Below, in pieces: positions 1 to 10,161 of a stretch of 64,000 nt of DNA. The position numbers were made by a program, and so were the translations under genes. Each line of letters opens with the position of its first letter. Within the stretch, counting starts at the first letter, position 1. This DNA is from Syntrophales bacterium (GTDB lineage Bacteria > Desulfobacterota > Syntrophia > Syntrophales > UBA6807): positions 32,001-96,000 of the forward strand of contig JAXGPA010000004.1 of NCBI GenBank assembly GCA_040767195.1. Direction: 5' to 3'. Under the pieces are notes generated by a model. The model was not told where the DNA came from. It did not search any database and saw only the letters and a program-made list of their open reading frames with translations.

Positions 1-1
1 C

Positions 2-595
2 GAAGGCAAGAGAGCCGCCGAGTGCCTCATGATGGACTATCACCGCCAGAACGGCGTGGACGTCAAGATCGCTCGGATCTTCAACACCTACGGGCCGAGA
101 ATGGCCCTCGACGACGGCCGGGTGGTGAGCAACTTTATCGTCCAGGCCCTGAGGGGGGAGGACATCACCGTCTACGGCGAGGGAACCCAGACCCGGTCCT
201 TCTGTTACGTCGACGACATGATCGAGGGCCTCACGGCGATGATGGAATCGGAGAGCGGCTTTATCGGGCCGGTCAACCTGGGAAACCCGGAAGAGTTCAC
301 CATCCGCCGGCTTGCGGAAACCGTTATCAAAATGACGGGATCATCATCGAAAATCGTTTACAGGCCCCTTCCCCCGGATGACCCCGTCCAGCGCCGCCCC
401 GACATCACCCTGGCAAAGGAAAGGCTTGACTGGTCCCCCCGGGTCCCCCTGGAAAAGGGGCTGGCAAAGACGATCGACTATTTCAGCAAACTTCTCCCGG
501 AAGTTGGAACCGGTCCACGGCCGGCCGGCCCGGGATCCGGGCGGAGGAAACCCGGTGTTTCGAAAAGAGGGGTCCGAGGAAAACATGACCGTTGA
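2..595 (+). CDS. UDP-glucuronate decarboxylase / UDP-xylose synthase-like NAD-dependent epimerase (5' truncated by window edge)
   Basis: Frame is open from base 2 ([13 protein letters not shown]...); [40 protein letters not shown] and [10 protein letters not shown] motifs typical of UXS. Confidence 0.88.
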   Translation, partial: EGKRAAECLMMDYHRQNGVDVKIARIFNTYGPRMALDDGRVVSNFIVQALRGEDITVYGEGTQTRSFCYVDDMIEGLTAMMESESGFIGPVNLGNPEEFTIRRLAETVIKMTGSSSKIVYRPLPPDDPVQRRPDITLAKERLDWSPRVPLEKGLAKTIDYFSKLLPEVGTGPRPAGPGSGRRKPGVSKRGVRGKHDR

Positions 596-1961
596 AAAAC
601 GTATTCTCTGCATCGGGGCCGGGTATGTCGGCGGCCCCACCATGGCGATGATCGCCCACAAGTGTCCCCAGTACCGGGTAACGGTCGTGGACATCAACGG
701 GGAACGGATCGCCCGCTGGAATTCGGACAGGCTCCCCGTCTTCGAACCGGGTCTCGATGAAATCGTGAGAGACACCCGGGGCCGGAACCTGTTCTTCAGC
801 ACCGACATCCCGAAAGGTATCGCGGAAAACGACATCATCTTCGTCAGCGTCAACACGCCCACGAAAACATTCGGCGTCGGCGCCGGCATGGCGGCGGATC
901 TCCGGTACTGGGAAATGACGGCCCGGGAAATCCTGAAATACGCCAAGTCCCCGAAAATCGTCATTGAAAAGAGCACCCTCCCGGTCAAGACGGCCCTGGC
1001 CATGGAGCGCATCCTGAACAGCAATCATCACGGGATCGCTTTTGACGTCCTGTCGAACCCCGAGTTCCTGGCCGAGGGATCGGCCGTCCGGGACCTGGAA
1101 TCGCCGGACCGTATCCTCATCGGTTCGGAGCAGACCGAGGAGGGCCTCCGGGCCCGGGACACGCTGGTGGAAATTTACGCCAACTGGGTCCCCCGTGAAA
1201 AGATCCTGACGTCCAACATCTGGAGCAGCGAGCTTTCCAAGCTCGTGTCCAACGCCTTTCTCGCCCAGCGGATCTCCTCCATCAACGCCATTTCCGCCCT
1301 TTGCGAAAAAACGGATGCCGACGTCACCGAGGTTTCCCGGGCCGTGGGCATGGACAGCCGGATCGGTCCCAAATTCCTGAACGCCAGCATCGGCTTTGGC
1401 GGATCCTGCTTCAAGAAGGATATCCTGAACCTCGTTTACCTCTGTCAACACTACGGGCTCACGGAAGTGGCCGACTACTGGAACGCCGTTCTCCGGATCA
1501 ACGACTACCAGAAGGACCGGTTCATCCTGACGATGATTAACGCCATGTTCCACACCCTGTCGGACAAGAAGATCTGCCTGTGGGGCTTCGCCTTCAAGGC
1601 CGACACGGGAGACACCCGGGAAAGCCCCGCCATCTGCATCGCCAGAAGGCTTGTCGAGGAAAACGCCCGGGTGGTCGTTTCCGATCCCAGGGCCCTGGAA
1701 AACGCCCGGGCGGACCTACGGGACACGGGCGCGGACGTTTCCTACGTGGAGGACCCCGCGGAGGCGGCCCGGGGGTGCCACGCCCTGTGCGTTCTCACCG
1801 AGTGGGATCTTTACAGGCACCAGGATTTTGAAAAAATTTACCATTCCATGGAGAAACCGGCCTTTCTCTTTGACGGCCGGAACATCCTGGACCATGAAAT
1901 GTGCTTTGACATCGGGTTCAATGTGTATCCCATCGGGAAACCCCCCTTGACCCACTTCTGA
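585..1961 (+). CDS. ugd: UDP-glucose 6-dehydrogenase
   Basis: GAGYVG Rossmann motif, [23 protein letters not shown] catalytic Cys, [13 protein letters not shown]; start at ATG 585 after GAGGA. Confidence 0.93.
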   Translation: MTVEKRILCIGAGYVGGPTMAMIAHKCPQYRVTVVDINGERIARWNSDRLPVFEPGLDEIVRDTRGRNLFFSTDIPKGIAENDIIFVSVNTPTKTFGVGAGMAADLRYWEMTAREILKYAKSPKIVIEKSTLPVKTALAMERILNSNHHGIAFDVLSNPEFLAEGSAVRDLESPDRILIGSEQTEEGLRARDTLVEIYANWVPREKILTSNIWSSELSKLVSNAFLAQRISSINAISALCEKTDADVTEVSRAVGMDSRIGPKFLNASIGFGGSCFKKDILNLVYLCQHYGLTEVADYWNAVLRINDYQKDRFILTMINAMFHTLSDKKICLWGFAFKADTGDTRESPAICIARRLVEENARVVVSDPRALENARADLRDTGADVSYVEDPAEAARGCHALCVLTEWDLYRHQDFEKIYHSMEKPAFLFDGRNILDHEMCFDIGFNVYPIGKPPLTHF

Positions 1962-2084
1962 CGGCTTCGTCGTGAGTCCCTGTGCTGCGTTGCCCTTCAT
2001 CCCTCGTCACTGCGGCGTACCAACCCGAACGCCTCGCTCCCCGGGATTCAGGCGCCTTGCCTCCGGACTTATTACGACGCCGTC
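1960..2084. repeat. MITE-like intergenic element with imperfect terminal inverted repeats (copy 1)
   Basis: Left end GACGGCTTCGTCGTGAGTCC vs reverse complement of right end GACGGCGTCGTAATAAGTCC (16/20); right half recurs inverted at 20042-20095. Confidence 0.7.
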
Positions 2085-2142
2085 CTGAGATGATTTACTG
2101 GCTTCTTTCTATGAGCTTATTATCCATGACAAACGGGGGCCC

Positions 2143-3162
2143 ATGATACTCATCACCGGCGCCGCCGGTTTCATCGGGTTCCACCTCGCCCGGCGCCTGC
2201 TGGAGGACGGGGAAGCCGTCACCGGCCTGGACAACCTGAACGACTACTACGACGTGTCCCTCAAGGAGGCGCGGCTGGCCCTTCTCCGGGAACACCCCCG
2301 CTTCGTCTTCCACCGGATCGATCTTGGCGACCGCCCCGCCATGGAGAACCTTTTTGGCGTTCTCGGGGAATCCGGCGATCTTACCGTGGTTCATCTCGCC
2401 GCCCAGGCGGGCGTCCGCCACTCCCTCGTCAACCCCCATGTCTACACGGACAGCAATATTACGGGCTTTCTGAACATTCTCGAGGGCTGCCGGTCCATCC
2501 GTCCCCGTCACCTGGTCTTCGCCTCTTCCAGCTCCGTTTACGGGGGCAACACGAAAATGCCCTTCTCCGTCCACGACAACGTGGATCACCCCCTGAGCCT
2601 TTACGGGGCCACCAAGAAGGCGAACGAGCTCATGGCCCACGCCTACGCCGCCCTCTTCGGCATTCCCGTCACGGGTCTCCGGTTCTTCACCGTCTACGGC
2701 CCCTGGGGCCGCCCGGACATGGCCCTCTTTCTCTTCACCCGGGCCATCCTTGACGGGAAGCCCATCGACATTTACAATTACGGCCGCATGAGACGGGATT
2801 TCACGTACGTCGACGACATCATCGAGGGGGTTGTCCGGATCATGAAACGGGTCCCCGAAGGCGCGTCCCAGCCGCCGGAAAACAGGCCGGACCCGGGCTC
2901 CCCTTTCGCTCCTTACCGGATCTACAACATCGGCAACGGCAGGCCCGTCGATCTCCTCGAATTCGTCGGCATCCTGGAAAGGCACCTGGGCCGGGAGGCG
3001 AAGAAAAACCTGCTGCCGCTCCAGCCGGGCGATGTGGCGGCCACCTGGGCCGACGTGGAAGACCTGGCGGAAGCGACCGGTTTCCGTCCCCGGACGCCCG
3101 TCGAAGAGGGAATCGGCAGGTTCGTCGCGTGGTACCGTGATTACTACGGCGGCAAGAGGTGA
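2143..3162 (+). CDS. NAD-dependent epimerase, UDP-glucuronate 4-epimerase family
   Basis: GAAGFIG, HLAAQAGVR, ASSSSVYG, YGATK (YxxxK), RFFTVYGPWGRPDMA. Confidence 0.9.
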   Translation: MILITGAAGFIGFHLARRLLEDGEAVTGLDNLNDYYDVSLKEARLALLREHPRFVFHRIDLGDRPAMENLFGVLGESGDLTVVHLAAQAGVRHSLVNPHVYTDSNITGFLNILEGCRSIRPRHLVFASSSSVYGGNTKMPFSVHDNVDHPLSLYGATKKANELMAHAYAALFGIPVTGLRFFTVYGPWGRPDMALFLFTRAILDGKPIDIYNYGRMRRDFTYVDDIIEGVVRIMKRVPEGASQPPENRPDPGSPFAPYRIYNIGNGRPVDLLEFVGILERHLGREAKKNLLPLQPGDVAATWADVEDLAEATGFRPRTPVEEGIGRFVAWYRDYYGGKR

Positions 3163-3228
3163 CGGCCGCCTTTATTTTCTGACAGAACCGTCGTTGAGGC
3201 AAGTAACCGATCACACCAGGAGGTTTTC

Positions 3229-4104
3229 ATGAAAGGAATCATCCTCGCCGGGGGCGCGGGAACCCGGCTCTTCCCCATCACGAGAGTCGTCAGCAAGCAG
3301 CTTCTTCCCGTTTACGACAAGCCCATGATCTATTACCCCCTGTCCGTCCTCATGCTTTCGGGCATCCGGGAGATTCTCGTGATCAGCACGCCCCAGGATC
3401 TTCCCCGGTTCCGGGAGCTTCTCGGCGACGGGTCCCAGTGGGGGCTCCGGTTCGAATACGCCGAACAGCCCCGCCCGGAGGGTCTCGCCCAGGCCTTCAT
3501 CATCGGTAAAGATTTCGTCGGCCCGGACCCTTCCTGCCTTATCCTGGGGGACAACATCTTTTTCGGCCACGGGATCACGGAAAAGCTTCGAAGGGCCGCG
3601 GCCCTGGAAAAAGGGGCCACCGTGTTCGGGTACTGGGTCAAGGATCCGGAAAGATACGGCGTGGTAAGTTTCGACGATCAGGGCCGGGCCCTGGAAATCG
3701 TTGAAAAACCAAAAAAGCCCGCGTCCAACTGGGCGGTGACGGGACTTTATTTCTACGACAACGCGGTCGTGGAGATCGCGTCGAGCCTGAAACCCTCGGC
3801 CCGGGGGGAACTGGAAATCACCGACGTGAACCGGGCCTACCTGGAAAGGGGGGACCTGCAGGTGGAAAAGCTCGGCCGGGGTATCGCCTGGCTTGACACG
3901 GGGACCCACGAAACCCTGATGGAGGCGGCCAGTTTCATCGAGGCCATCGAGCGGCGACAGGGCCTCAAGGTCGCCTGCGTCGAGGAAATCGCCTACCGGA
4001 TGAAATTCATCACCGCCGAGGAACTGGAAAAACTGGCCCGTCCTTTCGGAAACAACGGGTACGGCCGGTATCTTCTCAGCGTTCTCGAGGGCGACCTCCC
4101 GTAG
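3229..4104 (+). CDS. rfbA: Glucose-1-phosphate thymidylyltransferase
   Basis: [53 protein letters not shown]. Confidence 0.95.
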   Translation: MKGIILAGGAGTRLFPITRVVSKQLLPVYDKPMIYYPLSVLMLSGIREILVISTPQDLPRFRELLGDGSQWGLRFEYAEQPRPEGLAQAFIIGKDFVGPDPSCLILGDNIFFGHGITEKLRRAAALEKGATVFGYWVKDPERYGVVSFDDQGRALEIVEKPKKPASNWAVTGLYFYDNAVVEIASSLKPSARGELEITDVNRAYLERGDLQVEKLGRGIAWLDTGTHETLMEAASFIEAIERRQGLKVACVEEIAYRMKFITAEELEKLARPFGNNGYGRYLLSVLEGDLP

Positions 4105-4322
4105 GAAAAACAGGTGCTTCCGGGGATTCTCGATCTTTGTTCCCCGGGCCGGTCCGCATCCCCGGTGATGTTGAAGCCTCTTTGGGCGCAGCCCTGACGG
4201 CTGGCAAGGGTTCCTGTATGCCGGGGAAAGTAAGGATTTATTGTAAAAAGGAAAACACAAAGTTTCAGATTTTTTTCTCGGAATTGTCAGGTTGAGTGGT
4301 CATTGATGGTCTTACGCATTGT

Positions 4323-4364
4323 AAAAAGAAAAAGGCCAGGACCGCTGGTCAGGTCCTGACCTTT
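4323..4364 (-). terminator. Rho-independent terminator downstream of the IPTL-CTERM gene
   Basis: AAAGGCCAGGACC / GGTCCTGACCTTT hairpin followed by a T-run on the minus strand. Confidence 0.65.
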
Positions 4365-4388
4365 CCGGGTTACAGCTTACCACAATTC

Positions 4389-5138
4389 TTATGCACTCAT
4401 GTTTCTCCTTCTCAGGACCACGAGCGCTGTCACAACCGTCAGCAAGGCAAAAATGATCATGCCCCATTCGGACAGGGTGGGAATCGATGCCGACGAGGAA
4501 GTTTCTATGCTCACGGCATCGACGCCCCCTTGAAAAGATCCTTGGTTATTACATTGCGCAATACGTATACGGATCTCCTGGCCTGCGTATGGGGTCAAGT
4601 TTGCCGACATATTTTCATAGGGATAGCTTAGTGGATCTCCTTCTTCGGTAATGAACAAGTTTATAAGAATATCCTCTAGTTCTTGTGATTGTAAAGAAGC
4701 CGACGGTTTCATAATATCAACTCGCATAAACTGGCTGGCTACAGATCCGCGATAAAGACCATGATTGATGTAGAGAGGGCCTCTGTTTTCTGCATAGACA
4801 ATTGCTGAGAAATTTATCAGAGCGGCTTCAGGCAGAAGAACATCCTGAAAAATAATGTGGGTTCCATCCAGAGGGCCCGGATTACTTGGATCATAGCTTT
4901 GATCAGTCAGGGCAGCGTAAGTACCCTCTGGTGGTGCCGGGACAATACTTGCCGAACTCGGACTTGTCGTACCGCTGTATACGTAAAAATCGCCGCCGCT
5001 GCCGGGTTCATTCCAAACAGTCCATCCCGTAAAATCACCTGTTTCAAATCCACCATTTGTCACCAGTTCCGCACCCATAATCACCGTTGGAAAGGTCATA
5101 ACTGTCAGAACAACGATTAAACAAGAAAGTTTTTTCAT
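4389..5138 (-). CDS. Exported protein with IPTL-CTERM C-terminal sorting signal
   Basis: N-terminal signal peptide MKKLSCLIVVLTV..., LVTNGGFETGDFTGW start of mature domain, C-terminal SIPTLSEWGMIIFALL-TM-RRR; AT-rich codon usage. Confidence 0.85.
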   Translation of the reverse strand: MKKLSCLIVVLTVMTFPTVIMGAELVTNGGFETGDFTGWTVWNEPGSGGDFYVYSGTTSPSSASIVPAPPEGTYAALTDQSYDPSNPGPLDGTHIIFQDVLLPEAALINFSAIVYAENRGPLYINHGLYRGSVASQFMRVDIMKPSASLQSQELEDILINLFITEEGDPLSYPYENMSANLTPYAGQEIRIRIAQCNNQGSFQGGVDAVSIETSSSASIPTLSEWGMIIFALLTVVTALVVLRRRNMSA

Positions 5139-5657
5139 AGACACCCCCGTATGCTGATTTTATTGCAAGTTTCGGCGTGATGACGGAAGAAAATCAAATG
5201 ATGGAACCGGCTTTTCACCTATACTGTTTCAAATAATAAGCTTATTATCGATCACGTAAGATATTTTAATATAATCCTTATTCATCCCTTTTAAATTGGT
5301 TTCGCAAACATCAGAAAGTATTTAAAAATGTATTAATTGAAATATAATTTGTCTTGTTTAGAGGGTGAACCGGTCGTGACATCTCACGTTTTTCTTAATG
5401 TTTAAACGACAAAAAATCAAGATGACATTTCACAGTGGTTCAAGAAAATATTTGCAATTACGCCATAAGACCGCATTGGAAATTAGTTGCAGGCCCCTTG
5501 CAACCGACCTTCATGAACAGGTTTTGAAAAGATTAAGCTACAGATATTATGAAATATATAATAAACTCAGCCTAAGTGCTCAGGCAGTTTTTATTCTAAT
5601 TCTAAAATTGTTTATGCCACTGGCGCCAAGGGGCGATAAATATATTTAAATAAGGCA

Positions 5658-6833
5658 TCAGATGCAGCCTCTTTGGCCGCGGGACCTCTCCAGCTCGGAG
5701 ATGCCCCGGAGTTTCGCCGTCACCTCCCGGAGCGCCGCGACGACGGCATCCATTTCCGCCACCGTGTTTTCCCGGCCCAGGCTGAAGCGGATGCTCCCGG
5801 CAGCCCATTCCCGGGGAACCCCCAGGGCCTCCATGACGTGGGAGATCACCACCGTCCCGGCGGTGCAGGCCGACCCGGCGGAGAGGGCGATTCCCCTCCT
5901 GTCCATTTCCACAAGGATTTTTTCCGCTTCGATGCCCCGGAAAGAGACGTTCAGGATGTGGGGCAGGCTTTCCCCGTCGCTCCCGTTCCGCCGGCACCCG
6001 TCGATTTCCTCGTCGATCTGCGAGGCCAGGTAATACCTGAGCTCGCCCAGGTGCTCCCCCTGGGAAGAAAGCTCCCTCCGGGCGATCTCGCACGCCTTTC
6101 CCAGGCCGGCGATCCCCGGGACGTTTTCCGTTCCCGGGCGGAACCCCCTTTCCTGCTTCCCGCCGTGGAAAAGGGGAACGACGGCAGTCCCCCGGCGGAT
6201 GTAAAGGGCCCCCACGCCCTTGGGGCCGTAAATCTTGTGACCGGACAGGGTGAGGAGATCCACCGGGAGCCTGCCCGCGTCCACCGGGACCTTCCCCACC
6301 GCCTGCACGGCATCGGTGTGGAAAAGGATGCCCCGGTCCCGGAGCAGGGGCCCGATTTCGTCGACAGGCTGAAGGGTACCTATCTCATTGTTCCCGAACA
6401 TGACGCTGACGAGGACGGTCCGGTCCGTCAGGGCGGCCTTGAGGGTTTCCGGGTCCAGGCGTCCAAAAGCGTCCACGGGCAGGACGGTGACCGAAAACCC
6501 CCGTCCTTCCAGGCCCCGGCAGGCGTCGAGGACGGCGTGGTGCTCCACTGCCGTGGTGATGACGTGATCCCCCGGGTTTCCGTGGGCCAGGGCGGCCCCC
6601 AGGACGGCCAGGTTGTCCCCTTCGGTACCCCCGCTCGTGAAAACGATCTCGTCCGGTTCCGCCCCGATGAGCGCCGCTGTTTGCCGCCGGGCCTCTTCGA
6701 CAGTCGCCTTCCCTTCCCTCCCGAAACCGTGGAGACTCGAAGGGTTCCCGAAATGCCCGCGGAAAAAAGGCATCATCGCCTCGAGCACCTCGGGATGAAC
6801 GGGGGTCGTCGCCCCGTGGTCGAGATAGATCAT
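5658..6833 (-). CDS. Cysteine desulfurase (IscS/NifS family)
   Basis: YLDHGATTP, FGNPSSLH, HTDAVQAVGK, SGHKIYGPKG (PLP Lys), SAGSACT (catalytic Cys). Confidence 0.93.
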   Translation of the reverse strand: MIYLDHGATTPVHPEVLEAMMPFFRGHFGNPSSLHGFGREGKATVEEARRQTAALIGAEPDEIVFTSGGTEGDNLAVLGAALAHGNPGDHVITTAVEHHAVLDACRGLEGRGFSVTVLPVDAFGRLDPETLKAALTDRTVLVSVMFGNNEIGTLQPVDEIGPLLRDRGILFHTDAVQAVGKVPVDAGRLPVDLLTLSGHKIYGPKGVGALYIRRGTAVVPLFHGGKQERGFRPGTENVPGIAGLGKACEIARRELSSQGEHLGELRYYLASQIDEEIDGCRRNGSDGESLPHILNVSFRGIEAEKILVEMDRRGIALSAGSACTAGTVVISHVMEALGVPREWAAGSIRFSLGRENTVAEMDAVVAALREVTAKLRGISELERSRGQRGCI

Positions 6834-6842
6834 GAGACGGTC

Positions 6843-7646
6843 CTATTCCCCCTTGAAAGAGGGTTTCCTTTTCTCCGCGAAGGCCCGGACCGCTTCCCCC
6901 AGGTCTTTCGAATTGAGAAGGACCATGTTCCGGCTCATGGCCAGGTTCATCCCGTCCCCGACAGGGACGTGGCGGCTGAAATTCAGGACTTCCTTGGTGG
7001 CCCTGACGGCCAGGGGGGCGTTCTCGGCGATCTGCCGGGCAAGGTCCAGGGCCCCCGCCTCCAGGGACGCCCGGTCGGCGAAAACGGCGTTGACAAGCCC
7101 CATCCGCTCCGCTTCCCGGGCCGTGTAGAAACGGGCCGTGAAGGCCATTTCCCGGGCGAAACCCTGTCCGATGACAAGGGGCAGCCGCTGTAGAACACCC
7201 ATGTCCGCCACGAGGCCGATGGCCGTTTCCCGAAGGGAAAAAGAGGCGTCGGCGCTGCACAGGCGGATGTCGCAGGCCGAGATGATGTCGAGGCCGCCGC
7301 CGATGCACAGGCCGTTCACCGCTGCGATCACCGGCTTCGGGCAGGACTCGAGAAGATCGCAGCAGTCGAAGAGGACCCGGAGTTTTTCGGGGAAGTCCAG
7401 GCCGGCGCGGGCCGAGCCGTCCAGGCCGAGGGAAGCGAGGCTCTTGAGATCGAGGCCGGCGCAGAAGGCCTTGGCGTCGCTTCGAAGGAGGATCACCCGG
7501 ACATCCTCCCGGGCCGACAGTTCCCGGACGGCGCCGGCGATCTCGCCTGCCAGGGTGAGGTTCAGGGCGTTCAGGCTGTCCACCCGGGACAGGGAAAGGA
7601 CGGCAACCGCCCCATCAACCCGGAGATTCACGTTTTCGTAATTCAT
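6843..7646 (-). CDS. Crotonase-family enzyme resembling delta3,5-delta2,4-dienoyl-CoA isomerase (ECH1-like)
   Basis: FCAGLDL, KPVIAAVNGLCIGGGLDIISACDIR, ETAIGLVADMGVLQRL (Glu...Asp pair as in ECH1); start MNYENV after GGGAG. Confidence 0.85.
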   Translation of the reverse strand: MNYENVNLRVDGAVAVLSLSRVDSLNALNLTLAGEIAGAVRELSAREDVRVILLRSDAKAFCAGLDLKSLASLGLDGSARAGLDFPEKLRVLFDCCDLLESCPKPVIAAVNGLCIGGGLDIISACDIRLCSADASFSLRETAIGLVADMGVLQRLPLVIGQGFAREMAFTARFYTAREAERMGLVNAVFADRASLEAGALDLARQIAENAPLAVRATKEVLNFSRHVPVGDGMNLAMSRNMVLLNSKDLGEAVRAFAEKRKPSFKGE

Positions 7647-7775
7647 TGCTTTGTCGCTCCCTTTTTGATCGTCTTCACGCCCTCTCGGCATGGTCGTGAT
7701 TTTGAACACCCCCGTTCCGCGTTTTCGCGCCCCGGGGGCGGTGAGCCCAAAAACCCCGCCCGGCAGGGCCTTTTC

Positions 7776-9041
7776 CTACCATCCCCGGGTCCACATGTCG
7801 TCGTCCTCGTAAACCATTTCATCCAGGGCATGGGATTCCTGGGCGTCGTCCTCGATCATCCGCCCCGGCGCCGGGTCTTTCAGGACCTCATCGTAATACG
7901 CGTGCTGGATGAGAAGGCTCATGATCTCGTTGGTCCCGGTCCAGATCTGGATGAGGCGGGCGTCCCGGACCATCTTCTCGATGGGGAAAACGTTCGTGTA
8001 GCCGATGCCGCCGACGATGCGCATGGCCCGGTTGCACACGTCCCAGGCCACGTCCGTGGCGAATTTTTTCGCCTCGCTGACGAGCCTTCGGGCTGAGGGA
8101 AGACCGGCGTCCACGGCCTTCCCGGCGGCGATGGTGAGGGCCCTGGCGGCGTCGAGCCGGGTGACCGCCTCGGCGACCTGGAAGCTCACCCCCTGGAAGC
8201 GGCGGATCTTCTGGCCAAAAGCCTTCCGCCGGTCGCTGTACCGGACGGCCACCTCCAGGGGCGCCCGGGCGATGCCCAGGGAGGCGCCGGCGGAGGTCAT
8301 TCTCTCGGGAACCATCATGGTGTCGAAAATGCGGGCGCCCTCGTTGAGTCCCCCGATGAGGTTCCCCTCGGGCACCTTGACGTCCCGGAAAAGGAGCCGT
8401 CCCGTCCCGCCTCCCCGGGTCCCGAGGAGGCCGTAGTGGTACCGGACTTCCACGCCGGGCCGGTCCGCCTCGACGAGAAGAAGGCTGATCCTCTCCCGGG
8501 GGTGCCCCTCCGGGTTGGTGTTGCAGTAAACGATGAAAAAATCCGCCCCGTCGGCGGCGACGACGAAACGCTTCTGGCCCCGGACGGTGAAGCAGCCGTC
8601 CTTGAGGACGGCCCGGGTGGTGGCGCCGAAAAAGTCGGACCCGCCCCTCGGCTCGGTGAGCGCCTCGGCGGAGACCAGGTCCCCCTTGAGCATGGGTTTC
8701 AGGAATTTTTCCTTCTGATCTTCCGTGCCGAAGACATGGAGGGCCTCGCCGACGATGGACGGCATGGCGAAAGCGCACCCCAGGGCGGTGCCCAGCACCC
8801 CGATTTCCTCCAGGGCTGCCACCTCCGCCGTCCAGCCCAGTCCCCGGCCCCCGTATTCCCGGGGAAAGCGCAAACCGAGGAGGTTCCGCTCCCCCAGGGC
8901 CTTGACGAATTCCCGGGGGTACCGGATTTCGTCACGGTCCATTTTTTTGACCAGGTCCGCCGGCACGCTGTTCTTGACGAATTGCCGGACTTCGTCCCGA
9001 AGGGCGATTTCCTCTTCCGTGAGCAGGATGTCCTGCAGCAT
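7776..9041 (-). CDS. Acyl-CoA dehydrogenase
   Basis: ALTEPRGGSD, RRKAFGQKI, VGGIGY, RDARLIQIWTGTNEI; candidate catalytic Glu in VPERM (IVD/LCAD-type position). Confidence 0.92.
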   Translation of the reverse strand: MLQDILLTEEEIALRDEVRQFVKNSVPADLVKKMDRDEIRYPREFVKALGERNLLGLRFPREYGGRGLGWTAEVAALEEIGVLGTALGCAFAMPSIVGEALHVFGTEDQKEKFLKPMLKGDLVSAEALTEPRGGSDFFGATTRAVLKDGCFTVRGQKRFVVAADGADFFIVYCNTNPEGHPRERISLLLVEADRPGVEVRYHYGLLGTRGGGTGRLLFRDVKVPEGNLIGGLNEGARIFDTMMVPERMTSAGASLGIARAPLEVAVRYSDRRKAFGQKIRRFQGVSFQVAEAVTRLDAARALTIAAGKAVDAGLPSARRLVSEAKKFATDVAWDVCNRAMRIVGGIGYTNVFPIEKMVRDARLIQIWTGTNEIMSLLIQHAYYDEVLKDPAPGRMIEDDAQESHALDEMVYEDDDMWTRGW

Positions 9042-9111
9042 TTTTCCCTCCCCTGCCCCGTTTCCTCGGCCCCTTTTCACCGGGCCCGGGCGGCGGGGCG
9101 CCCGCCGCTGT

Positions 9112-9141
9112 CCTTTTATGCCCCCGGCCGGAAGGATGTCA
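9112..9141 (-). promoter_or_regulatory. Possible internal sigma70 promoter for the last three genes of the operon
   Basis: TTGACA-N16-CATAAA on minus strand in a 150-bp intergenic gap. Confidence 0.4.
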
Positions 9142-9192
9142 ACGCATTTTTTCGACGCGTCCCCGGACCGTTCGCCCTCACCGGGCGCCGCG

Positions 9193-10146
9193 TCACCGCG
9201 CCACGAAGAACCGGCCGTCCTCTTCCCTCACCCGGCCCCGGGCCTCCAGCCTGCGCAGGTGTTTCTGGGTCATGAGACGGTTCCACATGGACACCCAGGC
9301 GTCCCCGTGAAACTTCCGGGGATAGATGATCCCGAGACAGGCCAGCTCGTCCAGGGTCATGGGGGTTTTCAGGGATTCGAGAAGGGCCCGGTCCCGGTCG
9401 TCGATTTTCGAGAGAAAGACCTTCATTCCGTCGCGAAAGGATTCTCCGTCCACGAGGCCCTTCTCGTGACCGGTGATGTACTGTCTCGCGCCCAGGGCCA
9501 CGGCTTCCTTGCAGGATCGCACCATGGCGTCGATGTCCCCGTCCGTGCCGCCGTACCAGGGGCCGAAAGGGGTGAGGTCCATGTCGGACACGTAGGCGAT
9601 GCCCTCGCCGGGGAAAAAGAGGCAGCAGAAACCTTCCGAGTGGCCCGGCGCGGCCAGAACGCGGGCCTTCGTCTTCCCGAAATCCAGGACGTCTCCCCAG
9701 GCATAGGTGCCGTCGATGCGCGCCGTGGAAAGCCACCACTTGTGGTCGTTCTGGGGGGACCAGGGGCTTTGCGGCGTCCGGGGATCGGCGATCCGCTCGA
9801 GCCAGCCTTCCACCCAGGACTCACCGTAAACTTCGGCCATCCCGAGAAACCTCCCGATGGCCCGGCGGTCCCGGAACGCTTCGGACTCCCGGCTGTTCAG
9901 GAGGATGCGGGATTTTTCGAAGAGGAAATTCCAGGCGATGTGGTCGAAGTGATAGTGGGTGTTGATGACCCAGTCGACGGGAACCCGCCGCTTCAGGTCC
10001 GACAGGGGCCCCTCCCCGGCGCCGGTGTCCACCACCGCCTTCACGTCGTCGTCGATGAAGAGGCTGTGACTGAAGGGAAACCTTCCGCCGTTCCCCCCGG
10101 GGATCACCTTTATTTTCGGGGAAATCGTCGGAATCCAGTCGCCCAT
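9193..10146 (-). CDS. Metallo-beta-lactamase-fold hydrolase
   Basis: VVDTG, THYHFDH (HxHxDH), PGHS, SD, TGH metal motifs. Confidence 0.88.
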   Translation of the reverse strand: MGDWIPTISPKIKVIPGGNGGRFPFSHSLFIDDDVKAVVDTGAGEGPLSDLKRRVPVDWVINTHYHFDHIAWNFLFEKSRILLNSRESEAFRDRRAIGRFLGMAEVYGESWVEGWLERIADPRTPQSPWSPQNDHKWWLSTARIDGTYAWGDVLDFGKTKARVLAAPGHSEGFCCLFFPGEGIAYVSDMDLTPFGPWYGGTDGDIDAMVRSCKEAVALGARQYITGHEKGLVDGESFRDGMKVFLSKIDDRDRALLESLKTPMTLDELACLGIIYPRKFHGDAWVSMWNRLMTQKHLRRLEARGRVREEDGRFFVAR

Positions 10147-10161
10147 GGCACAGTCTTCCCG

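Noticed and set aside
5398..5649. 83-aa ORF in the AT-rich islet
   Set aside because: No RBS or recognisable motif; probably a chance ORF
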